Assembly: GCA_049613795.1 (NCBI GenBank)
Contig: JBMZCX010000004.1
Span: forward strand, 6,578 to 70,577
Direction: 5' to 3'
DNA length: 64,000 nt
Source of the DNA: Thalassotalea sp.
Lineage (GTDB): Bacteria > Pseudomonadota > Gammaproteobacteria > Enterobacterales > Alteromonadaceae
The translations under genes were made by a program, and so were the position numbers. Below, in pieces: positions 50,091 through 61,054 of this stretch. The stretch's first letter is position 1. Each line of letters begins with the position of its first letter. The notes below the pieces were generated by a model. That model saw nothing but the letters and a program-made list of their open reading frames with translations. It had not been told where the DNA came from and did not search any database.

Positions 50091-52217
50091 ATGTTCAACC
50101 TACTGAAAAATAAAATAAAAATAACCTCGATTTTTACAGTTATCCTTTTTTCTGTTATTTTTCCTGCGCAAGCGCTTTTTGTTAGCCCTCCTAAAGATCC
50201 TCTTCCTTTAATTCATGAAATATTTCCAGAAGCAACGAAAGTCAGCGAAAAGCAAGGTGACCCACTGGTATGGACTATTTACAAAAACGATGAGGTGATT
50301 GGCTACGCTTTTGAAACAAATGATCTTGCTAAAATTCCCGCATATTCTGGCGAACCGGTAAATATGCTGGTTGCTATTAGCCCTAAAGGCGTATACTTAG
50401 GCGCTAAAGTTTTAGAGCATCATGAACCAATTATATTGGCAGGCATACCTGAAACTAAGTTACATAATTTTGCTAATCAATATGAAGGCTTAAACGTAAG
50501 TGATCGCTTAAAAGTTGGCGGCAATAAGCAAGACAGCATGGTGCATATAGACGGCCTTTCTGGCGCAACGGTTACAGTAATGGTAATGAATGTCGCTATC
50601 ACCAAAGCCGCCACTAAAGTTGCTCAGTCTCTTGGCATTATTAGCAAAAGCCAAACCATTAAACAGCCAATGGCAACTATTTTACCCAACGTATACACGC
50701 CATCAACATGGCAAAACCTAGTCGGCGATGGCTCTATACGCAGACTGCACCTTGATCGAAAAACAGTAGACGAAGCTTTTGTTGGTACTGAAGCAGAGCA
50801 TATCGACGAAGCCAATAACGCGCAAAAACAAGATATGTTTGCTGATATTTACTTCGCACAAGTAGACATTCCTAATGTGGGTAGAAACTTATTAGGGGAC
50901 GCTGAATTTCAATGGTTATCAAATTCACTAAAAGAAGGCGAGCATGCTGTTGCTTTACTTGGTAATGGATACTCTTTCAAAGGTTCAGGCTATGTACGCG
51001 GCGGAATATTTGATCGTATTCAAGTTTTGCAAAATGAAGAAGCCATTGCTTTTAGAGATTTAGATCACACTCGCATTACCGACATTTTAATTGACGGCGC
51101 CCCCCGCTTTAAAGAAATGTCATTATTTATTATTCGACCACATCATGGGTTTAATCCAGGTGTTACTTGGCAATTAGAGCTACTGGTCCGCCGACAAGTA
51201 GGGGCAATCGATAGCACTTTTACCAGCTTTAAAGGTAGTTACGATGCATTAGATCAATACGTTTATCGTCCTCCTTATATTGCGCCTGAGCCTGAACTCA
51301 CGCTAACACAACAAGTATGGAAAGAAAAAAATACTGAAGTTGTTATTTTAGTGATATTACTCGCGATTGTTGTCATGAGCTTATTCTTCCAAGACGTATT
51401 AGTACGACACCCTACTTTTATGCACAACTTCCGTCATGCTTTTCTAGTAGTAACCGTAGTATTTATTGGTTGGTCGTGGGGCGGGCAGCTTTCTGTTGTT
51501 AACGTGTTTACCTTTTTACAAGCCTTTATGGATGACTTTTCATGGGACTTATTCTTACTCGACCCTGTAATTTTTATTCTATGGGGAGCTGCCGCTGTTA
51601 CCATGTTGCTATGGGGCCGTGCTGTATACTGTGGCTGGTTGTGTCCATTTGGCGCACTTCAAGAGTTAATGAATATTTTCGCCCGTTATATAAAAATTCC
51701 TCAATTTGAATTGCCTTGGGCTGTACATGAACGTTTATGGGCAATTAAATATTTAATTTTATTAGGTTTATTTGGCTTATCTATGGAGTCATTAGCCCTA
51801 GCAGAGCAGTTTGCAGAAGTAGAACCTTTTAAAACCACCTTCTTATTAAAGTTCGATCGTGAATGGCCATTTATTATTTACGCAGTAGCGTTATTGGTCA
51901 TTAATATTTTTAATCGAAAGTTTTTCTGCCGCTATTTATGTCCATTAGGCGCAGCGCTTTCCACCAGTAATAGTGTTCGTTTATTCAGCTGGTTAAGACG
52001 TCGACCAGAGTGTGGTCAACCTTGTAAAACCTGTGCGAAAGAATGTGAAATTCAGGCGATTAATCCTGATGGTGAAATCAACATGCGTGAATGTCATTAC
52101 TGTTTAGACTGTCAAGTGACTTACTTTAATGAAGAAAAATGCCCACCATTGAAAAAATTAGCAAGAAAGAAAAATAAGTTCAAAGAAAACCAAATACCCG
52201 CAGTGGATGTTGGTTAA
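50091..52217 (+). CDS. nosR: NosR, FMN/Fe-S membrane protein
   Basis: FMN-binding DGLSGATVT, two CxxxCP motifs, C-terminal ferredoxin-type Cys clusters. Confidence 0.96.
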   Translation: MFNLLKNKIKITSIFTVILFSVIFPAQALFVSPPKDPLPLIHEIFPEATKVSEKQGDPLVWTIYKNDEVIGYAFETNDLAKIPAYSGEPVNMLVAISPKGVYLGAKVLEHHEPIILAGIPETKLHNFANQYEGLNVSDRLKVGGNKQDSMVHIDGLSGATVTVMVMNVAITKAATKVAQSLGIISKSQTIKQPMATILPNVYTPSTWQNLVGDGSIRRLHLDRKTVDEAFVGTEAEHIDEANNAQKQDMFADIYFAQVDIPNVGRNLLGDAEFQWLSNSLKEGEHAVALLGNGYSFKGSGYVRGGIFDRIQVLQNEEAIAFRDLDHTRITDILIDGAPRFKEMSLFIIRPHHGFNPGVTWQLELLVRRQVGAIDSTFTSFKGSYDALDQYVYRPPYIAPEPELTLTQQVWKEKNTEVVILVILLAIVVMSLFFQDVLVRHPTFMHNFRHAFLVVTVVFIGWSWGGQLSVVNVFTFLQAFMDDFSWDLFLLDPVIFILWGAAAVTMLLWGRAVYCGWLCPFGALQELMNIFARYIKIPQFELPWAVHERLWAIKYLILLGLFGLSMESLALAEQFAEVEPFKTTFLLKFDREWPFIIYAVALLVINIFNRKFFCRYLCPLGAALSTSNSVRLFSWLRRRPECGQPCKTCAKECEIQAINPDGEINMRECHYCLDCQVTYFNEEKCPPLKKLARKKNKFKENQIPAVDVG

Positions 52218-52296
52218 TCACTACGGATAAAAACGATAAAACACAAACACAAACACAAAACAAGTTATCAAAATAAAAAGCAAATGGAGAAGAGTG

Positions 52297-54186
52297 ATGA
52301 GTAAAGAAAGCGAAAGCTCTAATAACGTATCATTAGAGAACGAAGAAAGACGTAAGTTTTTTGGAAAAACCGCGTTATTAGGTGCAGGCGCTGTTGCTGC
52401 TCCTATGACCGCAACCATGTTTGCCACTATGGCAAAAGCAAATGCAGCAGAAGCCGCCAATAGTGCAACTATTCACCCTGGTGAATTAGATGAATATTAC
52501 GGTTTTTGGAGTGGTGGTCATTCAGGTGAAGTACGTATTTTAGGTATCCCTTCAATGCGTGAGTTAATGCGTATTCCTGTTTTTAATATTGATAGCGCAA
52601 CAGGCTGGGGCTTAACAGATGAGAGTAAGCGCATTAAAGGCGATAGTGCACATTTACTTGCTGGCGACTCACATCACCCACACATGAGTATGACCGATGG
52701 CCGTTATAATGGTAAATATGTCTTTATTAATGATAAAGCCAATACCCGTGTAGCACGTATTCGTTGTGACATTATGAAGTGTGACAAAATTCTAACAGTG
52801 CCTAATGTTCAAGCAATTCACGGCCTACGAGTACAAAAAGTACCGTTCACCAAATATGTAATTTGTAATGGTGAATTTGAAATCCCAATGAATAACGACG
52901 GCAAGTCATCAATGAATGACGTTAGCACGTACCGTTCATTGTTCAATGTGATTGACGCGGAAACATTAGAAGTTGCTTTCCAAGTAATGGTTGATGGTAA
53001 CTTAGACAATACGGACGCTGATTACGACGGTAAATACTTTGCTTCAACCTGTTATAACTCAGAAATGGGAATGAACTTAGGCGAAATGATTTCGTCAGAG
53101 CGTGATCATGTCGTTGTATTCAACCTTGCTCGCTGTGAAGCCGCAGTAAAAGCAGGTAAGTTTAAAACCTATAATGGCAATAACGTGCCTGTTTTAGATG
53201 GCCGCAAAGGTTCTGAATTAACCCGTTATATTCCTGTACCTAAATCTCCTCACGGCATGAATACATCACCGAATGGCGAATATTTTGTTGCTAACGGTAA
53301 ATTATCACCAACAGTTTCTATTATCTCAATCAAAAAATTAGATGATCTTTTTGCTGATAAAATTAAACCTCGTGACACTATTGTAGCAGAACCTGAGCTA
53401 GGTTTAGGTCCATTACATACAGCATTTGACAACAAAGGTAACGCTTTTACTACGCTGTTTTTAGATAGTCAAATTGCCAAATGGAATGTGCAAGATGCTA
53501 TTGACGCGCACAATGGCAAAAAAGTGAATTACATTCGTCAAAAATTAGATGTTCATTACCAACCAGGTCATAACCATACGTCACAAGGTGAAACACGTGA
53601 TGCTGATGGTAAATGGTTAATTTCTTTATGTAAGTTCTCTAAAGACAGATTCTTACCGGTAGGTCCATTACGCCCAGAAAACGATCAACTTATCGATATT
53701 TCAGGCGACGAAATGAAGTTAGTTCACGATGGTCCAACATATGCTGAACCACATGATTGTATGATGGTTCACCGTAGCAAAATGAAACCATTAAAATTAT
53801 GGCCACGTAATGACCCGTTTTTTGCTGAAACGATTGCTCAAGCAAAACGCGACGGTGTCGACGTATACACTGAAAATAAAGTGATCCGCGATGGTAACAA
53901 AGTACGTGTTTATATGACGTCTATTGCACCAACTTACGGTATGAACGAATTCAACGTAAAATTAGGTAATGAAGTAACCGTTATTGTAACCAACCTTGAC
54001 CAAGTAGAAGACGTAACACATGGTTTCTGTATGACTAACCATGGCGTACAAATGGAAATTGGTCCACAAGCAACCGCTTCAATTACCTTTACAGCAGACA
54101 AGCCAGGCGTACAGTGGTACTACTGTAACTGGTTCTGTCACGCACTACACATGGAAATGCGTGGTCGTATGTTGGTAGAGGCATAA
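52297..54186 (+). CDS. nosZ: Nitrous-oxide reductase, clade I (Tat-exported)
   Basis: Twin-arginine ERRKFFG, DSHHPH, PKSPHG, EPHD CuZ ligands; Cu[13 protein letters not shown]. Confidence 0.98.
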   Translation: MSKESESSNNVSLENEERRKFFGKTALLGAGAVAAPMTATMFATMAKANAAEAANSATIHPGELDEYYGFWSGGHSGEVRILGIPSMRELMRIPVFNIDSATGWGLTDESKRIKGDSAHLLAGDSHHPHMSMTDGRYNGKYVFINDKANTRVARIRCDIMKCDKILTVPNVQAIHGLRVQKVPFTKYVICNGEFEIPMNNDGKSSMNDVSTYRSLFNVIDAETLEVAFQVMVDGNLDNTDADYDGKYFASTCYNSEMGMNLGEMISSERDHVVVFNLARCEAAVKAGKFKTYNGNNVPVLDGRKGSELTRYIPVPKSPHGMNTSPNGEYFVANGKLSPTVSIISIKKLDDLFADKIKPRDTIVAEPELGLGPLHTAFDNKGNAFTTLFLDSQIAKWNVQDAIDAHNGKKVNYIRQKLDVHYQPGHNHTSQGETRDADGKWLISLCKFSKDRFLPVGPLRPENDQLIDISGDEMKLVHDGPTYAEPHDCMMVHRSKMKPLKLWPRNDPFFAETIAQAKRDGVDVYTENKVIRDGNKVRVYMTSIAPTYGMNEFNVKLGNEVTVIVTNLDQVEDVTHGFCMTNHGVQMEIGPQATASITFTADKPGVQWYYCNWFCHALHMEMRGRMLVEA

Positions 54187-54217
54187 TATCGACTATTCCC
54201 ATAAGTTGATATAAGTG

Positions 54218-54245
54218 AAAAAGCACAACTTCGGTTGTGCTTTTT
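54218..54245 (+). terminator. Rho-independent terminator after nosZ
   Basis: AAAAAGCACAAC-ttcg-GTTGTGCTTTTT. Confidence 0.85.
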
Positions 54246-54269
54246 ATTTTTGCTTCAAAACAATTTTTT

Positions 54270-54310
54270 TTAATCAAGATCAATAGTCTATAAATAAAAA
54301 GTGCTATGCT
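54270..54310 (+). promoter_or_regulatory. Internal FNR/DNR-type promoter for nosDFYL
   Basis: TTAAT-caag-ATCAA (54270-54283) with extended -10 TGcTATGCT (54302-54310). Confidence 0.7.
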
Positions 54311-54344
54311 ATAGTTACTTTAACATTCGTGAAGAATATCTTTT

Positions 54345-55706
54345 GTGTTATTAAAAAATTTTCAGCTATTGCTACTTATTGTTATTACCTGTCTTTACTT
54401 TAGTTCAACACATACTTTAGCTAAACACTGGCACATTTCTCCTGCTGACGACCTACAGCACACACTTGATAATGCTGAAAATGGTGACGTTATCACCTTA
54501 GCTAAAGGCGAGTATTTAGGTAACTTTGTCATTACCAAGCAAATTACTTTAACCGGAAACAACCACAGTGTGCTAAATGCACAAGGCAAAGGCCATGCCT
54601 TGCTATTAAAAAACTCTTATATCGTTGTCGAAAACTTAACCATTACAAACTGGGGCGATAATTTAACTGATCAAGATTCAGGTATATATTCCGACCAGCA
54701 AGCCAATAATATCGTCATAAAAAACAATAAACTTACAGGCGATGGCTTTGGTATTTGGTTGCAAAAAGGTCAACATATTAAAGTAGTAAATAATGTTATT
54801 TCTGGGAACACCGTTTTACGCTCTGCCGACAGAGGTAACGGTATTCAACTTTCCATCGTAAAAAATGTAGAAGTTAAAAATAATGAAATATTTAATACCC
54901 GTGATGGACTTTATATTATATCAAGCCAAGAGAACGTATTAGAAAACAACACAATGCACGACCTTCGTTACGGCATACATTATATGTATTCGTACGATAA
55001 CCAAATTATTAATAATAATGCTTATAATACACGTGCAGGTTATGCACTAATGAGTTCAAAGCGGTTAGTCGTAAAGGGAAATACTAGTCATAATAGTGAA
55101 GATTATGGCTTTTTAATGAATTTTATTACCTCTTCAACAATTACAAACAACACCGTTAATCACGTATGGACAAAGCCTGAAAACAAAGTCCTTGGTCGAG
55201 ATGGCAAAGGCCTATTTGTTTATAACTCAGCCTATAACACCATTAGTAACAACATTATTGATACTGCTGAAATTGGTATTCATCTCACTGCTGGCTCTGA
55301 AAACACCAAAGTTTATGGCAATAGCTTTATTAACAACCCAACTCAAGTGAAATACGTCTCAAATAAAAAGCAAGAATGGAGCAAAGAGGGACAAGGTAAC
55401 TATTGGAGTAATTATATTGGCTGGGATATGAATAACGATAATATTGGTGATGTAATATTTGAACCCAACGACGGCATTGACAAATTAGTATGGCAATATC
55501 CAGAAATGAAAATGCTAATGGACAGCCCCGCGGTACTTATTTTACGTTGGATACAGCGACAATTTCCAATACTTAAACCACCAGGTGTTAAAGACAGCTT
55601 TCCATTAATGAAATCGCCCCATAAAAAAACCGCATTACCAGTAAAAAGTGCCCTGAATGCGAGCCATATAGCCACAGTAAAAAACATGGCTAGTAAAGGA
55701 TCATAA
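54345..55706 (+). CDS. nosD: Periplasmic NosD maturation protein
   Basis: DRGNGI, RDGLYI, LRYGIHYMYS, GNYWSNY beta-helix motifs. Confidence 0.96.
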   Translation: MLLKNFQLLLLIVITCLYFSSTHTLAKHWHISPADDLQHTLDNAENGDVITLAKGEYLGNFVITKQITLTGNNHSVLNAQGKGHALLLKNSYIVVENLTITNWGDNLTDQDSGIYSDQQANNIVIKNNKLTGDGFGIWLQKGQHIKVVNNVISGNTVLRSADRGNGIQLSIVKNVEVKNNEIFNTRDGLYIISSQENVLENNTMHDLRYGIHYMYSYDNQIINNNAYNTRAGYALMSSKRLVVKGNTSHNSEDYGFLMNFITSSTITNNTVNHVWTKPENKVLGRDGKGLFVYNSAYNTISNNIIDTAEIGIHLTAGSENTKVYGNSFINNPTQVKYVSNKKQEWSKEGQGNYWSNYIGWDMNNDNIGDVIFEPNDGIDKLVWQYPEMKMLMDSPAVLILRWIQRQFPILKPPGVKDSFPLMKSPHKKTALPVKSALNASHIATVKNMASKGS

Positions 55707-55707
55707 A

Positions 55708-56637
55708 ATGACACAAACTCCGCTAATTACCTTATCAAACATCGGTAAAGAATATAAAAACCTTAGTGCATTAAAAGCGATTAACTTAACCTTAAATCAA
55801 GGCGAAGTCTTAGGCCTGTTTGGCCATAATGGTGCGGGTAAAACCACCATGATGAAATTAATTCTTGGTGTCATATCGCCCAGTTACGGTACGGCAGAAG
55901 TGTTAGGTGTAACGCCCGATTCTAAAGCGGCATGGCATATGCGCAATAAAATAGGTTATTTACCTGAAAATGTCAGTTTTTATGAGCAACTTACGGGGTT
56001 AGAGGTACTCACCTATTTTGCAAAACTTAAAGGGTTTGACAAAAAACATGCAATAGCACTACTTGAACAAGTAGGTGTTGCTCACGCGATGAAACGTCAA
56101 GTAAAAACCTATTCAAAAGGTATGCGACAGCGTTTAGGCCTTGCTCAAGCGTTTATCGGCCACCCAAAATTACTGTTACTTGACGAGCCTACGGTAGGGT
56201 TAGATCCAATGGCAACAGCAGACTTTTATCACACGGTTGATCAACTTAAAAACCAAGGTACCAGCGTTATTTTATGCTCTCATGTACTACCTGGAGTTGA
56301 ACAGCACATTGACCGAGCAATGATATTATCTTCAGGCCAAATGCTTGCTTCAGGCAGTTTAGGCACGTTACGCCAGCTCGCTCATTTACCCGTAAAAATA
56401 TCCGTCTCAGGTATTGAGTCTGCACTCAGCCAAGATCCACAACTAGCGCCTTACATTACGGCTAACAATCACCATTTATTAGCCGTGCCTGAACAAGAAA
56501 AAATGAATATTTTACGTTACTTATTAGCTATGCCCACACTGACCGACATTAATGTAGAGCCCGCAAACTTAGAGCAAGTATATCAGTACTTCTTAGGTCA
56601 GAAACCAACGACAACATCAGCGGGAGCAAACGCATGA
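55708..56637 (+). CDS. nosF: ABC ATPase NosF
   Basis: GHNGAGKTT, YSKGMRQR, LDEPTVGLDP. Confidence 0.95.
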   Translation: MTQTPLITLSNIGKEYKNLSALKAINLTLNQGEVLGLFGHNGAGKTTMMKLILGVISPSYGTAEVLGVTPDSKAAWHMRNKIGYLPENVSFYEQLTGLEVLTYFAKLKGFDKKHAIALLEQVGVAHAMKRQVKTYSKGMRQRLGLAQAFIGHPKLLLLDEPTVGLDPMATADFYHTVDQLKNQGTSVILCSHVLPGVEQHIDRAMILSSGQMLASGSLGTLRQLAHLPVKISVSGIESALSQDPQLAPYITANNHHLLAVPEQEKMNILRYLLAMPTLTDINVEPANLEQVYQYFLGQKPTTTSAGANA

Positions 56638-57452
56638 GAGAAATATTAACCGTTGCCAATAAAGAATTTCACGACGGTTTACGTAACCGCTGGCTAGTCT
56701 CTATTACCGTAATTTTTGCCATACTTTCTATCGGCTTAACCTATTTTGGAGCCGCAGCATCAGGTGCTACAGGCGTGACGTCGTTATCAACCACCGTTGC
56801 CAGTTTAGCAAGCTTAGCCGTATTTTTAATCCCTCTTATTGCGCTATTGCTTAGCTACGACAGCTTTGTTGGCGAGCAAGAAAGTGGCACACTGTTGTTA
56901 TTACTTACTTACCCGCTAAGCACCACACAACTACTCTTGGGGAAATTCATTGGACAAGGCAGTATTATTGCTTTAGCAACAATACTCGGGTTTGGTTCGT
57001 CAGCCTTATTACTCTACTTTCAACTTAGTGACAGCGCCGTTTTTAGTGTATTTTCTACGTTTATTGTTAGTGCCGTACTACTGGGTTTAAGTTTTACAGC
57101 CATCGCTTACATTATTAGTTTATTAGTCAGTGAAAAGTCTAAAGCCGCAGGATTTGCGCTAATTACATGGTTTTTATTTGCCCTCGCCTTTGACTTAGCA
57201 CTTCTAGCTTTACTTGTTGGCGTTGAGCAAGGTATTTCTCAACAAGGTTTAACACAGTTAATGATGCTTAATCCGGCTGATATTTTTAGACTGATTAATT
57301 TATCAGGGCTCGACAGTAGCGATATTAATGGCGCACTTGCCATTGCAATAAAATCGAGTTTATCTCAAGGGCAACTATTTTCAGTATTGCTCACTTGGGT
57401 TCTATTTCCACTCACCATTGCCAGCCTTATTTTTAAAAAGAAGACATTATAA
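56634..57452 (+). CDS. nosY: ABC permease NosY
   Basis: KEFHDGLRNRW, GEQESGTLLLLLTYP, NPADIFR. Confidence 0.95.
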   Translation: MREILTVANKEFHDGLRNRWLVSITVIFAILSIGLTYFGAAASGATGVTSLSTTVASLASLAVFLIPLIALLLSYDSFVGEQESGTLLLLLTYPLSTTQLLLGKFIGQGSIIALATILGFGSSALLLYFQLSDSAVFSVFSTFIVSAVLLGLSFTAIAYIISLLVSEKSKAAGFALITWFLFALAFDLALLALLVGVEQGISQQGLTQLMMLNPADIFRLINLSGLDSSDINGALAIAIKSSLSQGQLFSVLLTWVLFPLTIASLIFKKKTL

Positions 57453-57985
57453 TGAAAGTATTTCCTCTAAATTCAGTTAAAAAAATCAGCCATGTTATGA
57501 TGACGCTGCTGTTTAGTTCTCTATTGTTTTCTTGTTCAGAACAAGGGGTAACCGAGCAAAGTATTCATCAAGCAGCCGCTATTGAAACCGCTGATGAATG
57601 CCATTTATGCGGTATGATGATCTCTGAATTCTCAGGGCCAAAAGGTGAACTGTTTAAAAACGGTATTACTGAAGCGCAGGGCAAAAAAGTACATAAGTTT
57701 TGCTCAACCCGCGATATGTTCAGCTTTTACTTAGACCCAGAAAACAAACGAAATGTCACAACGATGTTAGTGCATGACATGAGTAAATCTCCGTGGAATG
57801 CACCGAACGATGAATATTTTATTGACGCACGCAGTGCTTGGTTCGTTGCTGGTTCAAATAAGACAGGGGCAATGGGGCCTACATTAGCTAGTTTTTCAGC
57901 CCAAAAAGACGCTCAAGCCTTTGCTGAAGCATTTGGCGGTTCGGTTTTAACATTTAATGACATTACCTTAACCACGCTAATGTAA
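57452..57985 (+). CDS. nosL: Copper chaperone lipoprotein NosL
   Basis: Lipobox LFSC, CHLCGM, GPKG, FCSTRD, GAMGP. Confidence 0.95.
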   Translation: MKVFPLNSVKKISHVMMTLLFSSLLFSCSEQGVTEQSIHQAAAIETADECHLCGMMISEFSGPKGELFKNGITEAQGKKVHKFCSTRDMFSFYLDPENKRNVTTMLVHDMSKSPWNAPNDEYFIDARSAWFVAGSNKTGAMGPTLASFSAQKDAQAFAEAFGGSVLTFNDITLTTLM

Positions 57986-57993
57986 AACAGGAG

Positions 57994-58019
57994 TTAACCT
58001 GAATATTTATTCAGGTTAA
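57994..58019. terminator. Hairpin between convergent nosL and mazG
   Basis: TTAACCTGAATA-tt-TATTCAGGTTAA, perfect 12-bp arms. Confidence 0.6.
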
Positions 58020-58028
58020 TCAAACCAA

Positions 58029-58853
58029 CTACTTTTTAGGTGCTAGTTTCGCCTGCTGCCAATAAGCTTCAAGCTGCTCAAGATCATGCTGTTCAAAGCT
58101 TTGATTACTTGCACTTACTTGTTGCTCAACATTATGAAAACGCTGAGTAAACTTTTGATTGGCTTGACGTAGAAGTTGCTCGGGGTCTTGTTTGGCATGA
58201 CGCGATAAATTTACCACAGCAAACATTAAGTCGCCAAGTTCTTCTGCAAGCCTTTCAGGGCTTTGATGCAGTTCTTCTTTAACTTCTTCAACCTCTTCAA
58301 CTACTTTAGCGAATACATCGTCAATGTTGTCCCAATCAAACCCCACATGCGCGCAACGTTTTTGAATTTTAGCCGCTTGAGAAAGCGCGGGTAAATTTTT
58401 AGGAATATCAGCCAAAATACTAATGTCTTCACTTTTATTTTTATGCTGCCTTTCTTTAGCTTTTTCATTTTCCCAGTTAGCTTTAATAGCAGCGTCTGTT
58501 AACAGCGATTTATCGCCAAAAACATGGGGGTGACGGCGAATTAACTTTTCACAAATTGCCGCTACTACGCTGTCAAAATCAAAACATTGTTGCTCTTGCC
58601 CTAATTGACTATAAAATATTACCTGAAACAATAAGTCACCAAGCTCTTTTTCTAATTCACTGAAATCTTGCTGTTCAACCGCTTGAGCTACAGCCTCAGC
58701 GACTTCGTATGCTTCTTCAATCGTGTGGGGAACAACCGTTTCAAAAGTTTGTTTTAAATCCCAGGGGCAACCTGTTTCAGGATCACGAAGTTGCGCCATA
58801 ATCCAACGAAGTTTTTCTATTGAAGCGGTACTCTCAATATTCACGTTTAGCAT
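58029..58853 (-). CDS. mazG: Nucleoside triphosphate pyrophosphohydrolase MazG
   Basis: GCPWD, EEAYEV, ELGDLL, KLIRRHPHVF and a second EELGD domain. Confidence 0.96.
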   Translation of the reverse strand: MLNVNIESTASIEKLRWIMAQLRDPETGCPWDLKQTFETVVPHTIEEAYEVAEAVAQAVEQQDFSELEKELGDLLFQVIFYSQLGQEQQCFDFDSVVAAICEKLIRRHPHVFGDKSLLTDAAIKANWENEKAKERQHKNKSEDISILADIPKNLPALSQAAKIQKRCAHVGFDWDNIDDVFAKVVEEVEEVKEELHQSPERLAEELGDLMFAVVNLSRHAKQDPEQLLRQANQKFTQRFHNVEQQVSASNQSFEQHDLEQLEAYWQQAKLAPKK

Positions 58854-58858
58854 AAACT

Positions 58859-61054
58859 TTATTTCCTCACAGCTTCAACAACATCGTCAAGCTGTAAAAA
58901 CTTATTAAGTAGGCGGCTTAAGCTTTCATTGTCAGCAATTTCTATATGAATAATCATAGTCGTTACCGGCTTATTACGATCAGAATGGCTTTCTAGCCCC
59001 ACAATTAATAACCTTTCGTTGGCAATAATCGTTGAAATATCGCGCATCAGCCCTTGACGGTCATAAGCGGTAATTAAAACAGTTGCTTTAAATACACCGC
59101 TACTTTGTTCTCCCCATTGCACCTCAACTTCACGTTCAGGGTGTTGAAGTAATAAATTTGCCAATTGATCACAATCTTTTCGATGAACCGAAATACCACG
59201 GCCTTGAGTAATAAAGCCTGAAATTTCATCCCCCGATACCGGCTGGCAACATTGCGCCATATGCGTTAATAAATTACCCACACCTGACACGGTAATGCCA
59301 TTACTGTCTGCTTTATTTTTTTGTGTTGGCTGTGTTTGGCTAACTAAACTTTGTGGGTCAAGCTCTTGCTGCAGTTTGGTTTTATTATTTTGCTGCTGCA
59401 AAAAGTTAACCACTTGCTGTAGCCGCGCATTACCAGAGCCAATTGCCGCATACAAATCATTAACCGTATTCATATTAAATTTTTCAGTTGCTGCACTTAT
59501 ATTAACGTGTGCAAGGCCATGTTTTTCTAGCTCCTGCTCTAATTGCTCTTTACCTTGCGCAATGTGCTTATCGCGATCTTGCAGCTTAAAAAAGTGCTGA
59601 ACTTTGGCTCGTGTGCGTGAAGCGTGTATATATTTAAGATTAGGATTTAACCAATCACGACTTGGGTTCGGATTTTTACTAGTGAGCACTTCAACTTGGT
59701 CGCCCGTTTTTAGCCTATGCGTAAAAGGCACTATACGACCCGACACTTTAGCACCTATACAGCAGTGGCCAACGTTTGAGTGGATATAATAAGCAAAGTC
59801 TAATGGTGTTGAACCTGCAGGCAAATCTATAACGTCACCATTGGGGGTAAACACATAAATACGATCTTCGAATACTTGGCTGCGTAGCTCGTCAAGTAAC
59901 TCACCACTTTCACTTACATCATCTTGCCATTGTAAAATTTTTCTCAGCCAACTGACTTTTTCATCAAACCCCGTCGCTTTCCCGCTTGCCGTGCCTTCTT
60001 TATAACGCCAATGGGCTGCAACGCCTAATTCGGCATCGTCATGCATTTGTTGAGTGCGAATTTGCACTTCTACAGATTTCCCCTGTGGCCCTAAAACAAC
60101 CGTATGAATAGACTGATAACCATTAGGTTTCGGTGTGGCAACATAGTCGTCAAATTCATCAGGAAAGTGTTTCCAGTTGGTATGTACTATTCCTAGTGCG
60201 CCATAGCAGTCTTGCAACTCTTCAACCACAATTCGCACCGCTCGCACATCAAAAAGCTGCTCAAAGTCGAGCGACTTTTGTTTCATTTTTTTCCAAATAC
60301 TGAAGATATGTTTTGGGCGCCCATACACTTCCCCTTTAATGGCCAACTCTGATAGTTTTTTTGATAGTCCGTCAACAAAGTCGACCATGTACTGCTCTCT
60401 ATCTAAGCGCTTTTCAGCCAGTTGTTTAGCTATTTTTTTATACACCTCAGGGTGTAAATAACGAAAGGCAATATCTTCAAGTTCCCATTTTAATTGCCCG
60501 ATACCTAAACGATTAGCAAGAGGTGCATAAATATTTTCTGTTTCTTTTGCCGCTAATACTCGGGTCTCTTCATCATAATTTTTAACAATACGTAAATAAC
60601 ATAAACGTTCAGCTAGTTTAATAACTACCGCACGAACATCTTCCACCATAGCCAATAACATTTTACGAATATTGTCTATTTGGTTACTGGCTACTTGGCT
60701 AGTTTGGTTCTGTTGTAAAGTACGAATAGCATCCATCTTGCTAACGCTTTGAACCAAGACTAAAACATTATTCGAAAAGTTGTCTTCGATGTACAACAAG
60801 TCAATTAATTGATATTCATATAAAGAAGAAAGGAAGGCTGCCACAAGCGAGTCGGTATCTAAATTCAGTCCAGCAAGAATTTCAACCATTTCAAAGGCTT
60901 TAGTTTCGCATTCAGCATTACCATTAAAACTATTTTTTGTTTGTGCCCATAAAGCTTCCATCGCTTGGCGCTTTACATCCGTTAACTCTAAAGCGTTTAA
61001 CCAATGCTCAAAGCTTGTTTCTGACATCTGATGTGATTTTCTTACCGAAACCAT
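58859..61054 (-). CDS. relA: GTP pyrophosphokinase RelA
   Basis: Degenerate HD domain, GRPKH, EFDDY (ExDD), GYQSIHT, TGS and ACT domains. Confidence 0.96.
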   Translation of the reverse strand: MVSVRKSHQMSETSFEHWLNALELTDVKRQAMEALWAQTKNSFNGNAECETKAFEMVEILAGLNLDTDSLVAAFLSSLYEYQLIDLLYIEDNFSNNVLVLVQSVSKMDAIRTLQQNQTSQVASNQIDNIRKMLLAMVEDVRAVVIKLAERLCYLRIVKNYDEETRVLAAKETENIYAPLANRLGIGQLKWELEDIAFRYLHPEVYKKIAKQLAEKRLDREQYMVDFVDGLSKKLSELAIKGEVYGRPKHIFSIWKKMKQKSLDFEQLFDVRAVRIVVEELQDCYGALGIVHTNWKHFPDEFDDYVATPKPNGYQSIHTVVLGPQGKSVEVQIRTQQMHDDAELGVAAHWRYKEGTASGKATGFDEKVSWLRKILQWQDDVSESGELLDELRSQVFEDRIYVFTPNGDVIDLPAGSTPLDFAYYIHSNVGHCCIGAKVSGRIVPFTHRLKTGDQVEVLTSKNPNPSRDWLNPNLKYIHASRTRAKVQHFFKLQDRDKHIAQGKEQLEQELEKHGLAHVNISAATEKFNMNTVNDLYAAIGSGNARLQQVVNFLQQQNNKTKLQQELDPQSLVSQTQPTQKNKADSNGITVSGVGNLLTHMAQCCQPVSGDEISGFITQGRGISVHRKDCDQLANLLLQHPEREVEVQWGEQSSGVFKATVLITAYDRQGLMRDISTIIANERLLIVGLESHSDRNKPVTTMIIHIEIADNESLSRLLNKFLQLDDVVEAVRK

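Noticed and set aside
58029-58853. mazG as part of a toxin-antitoxin or anti-phage module
   Set aside because: Housekeeping two-domain MazG 5 bp from relA; no room for mazEF.
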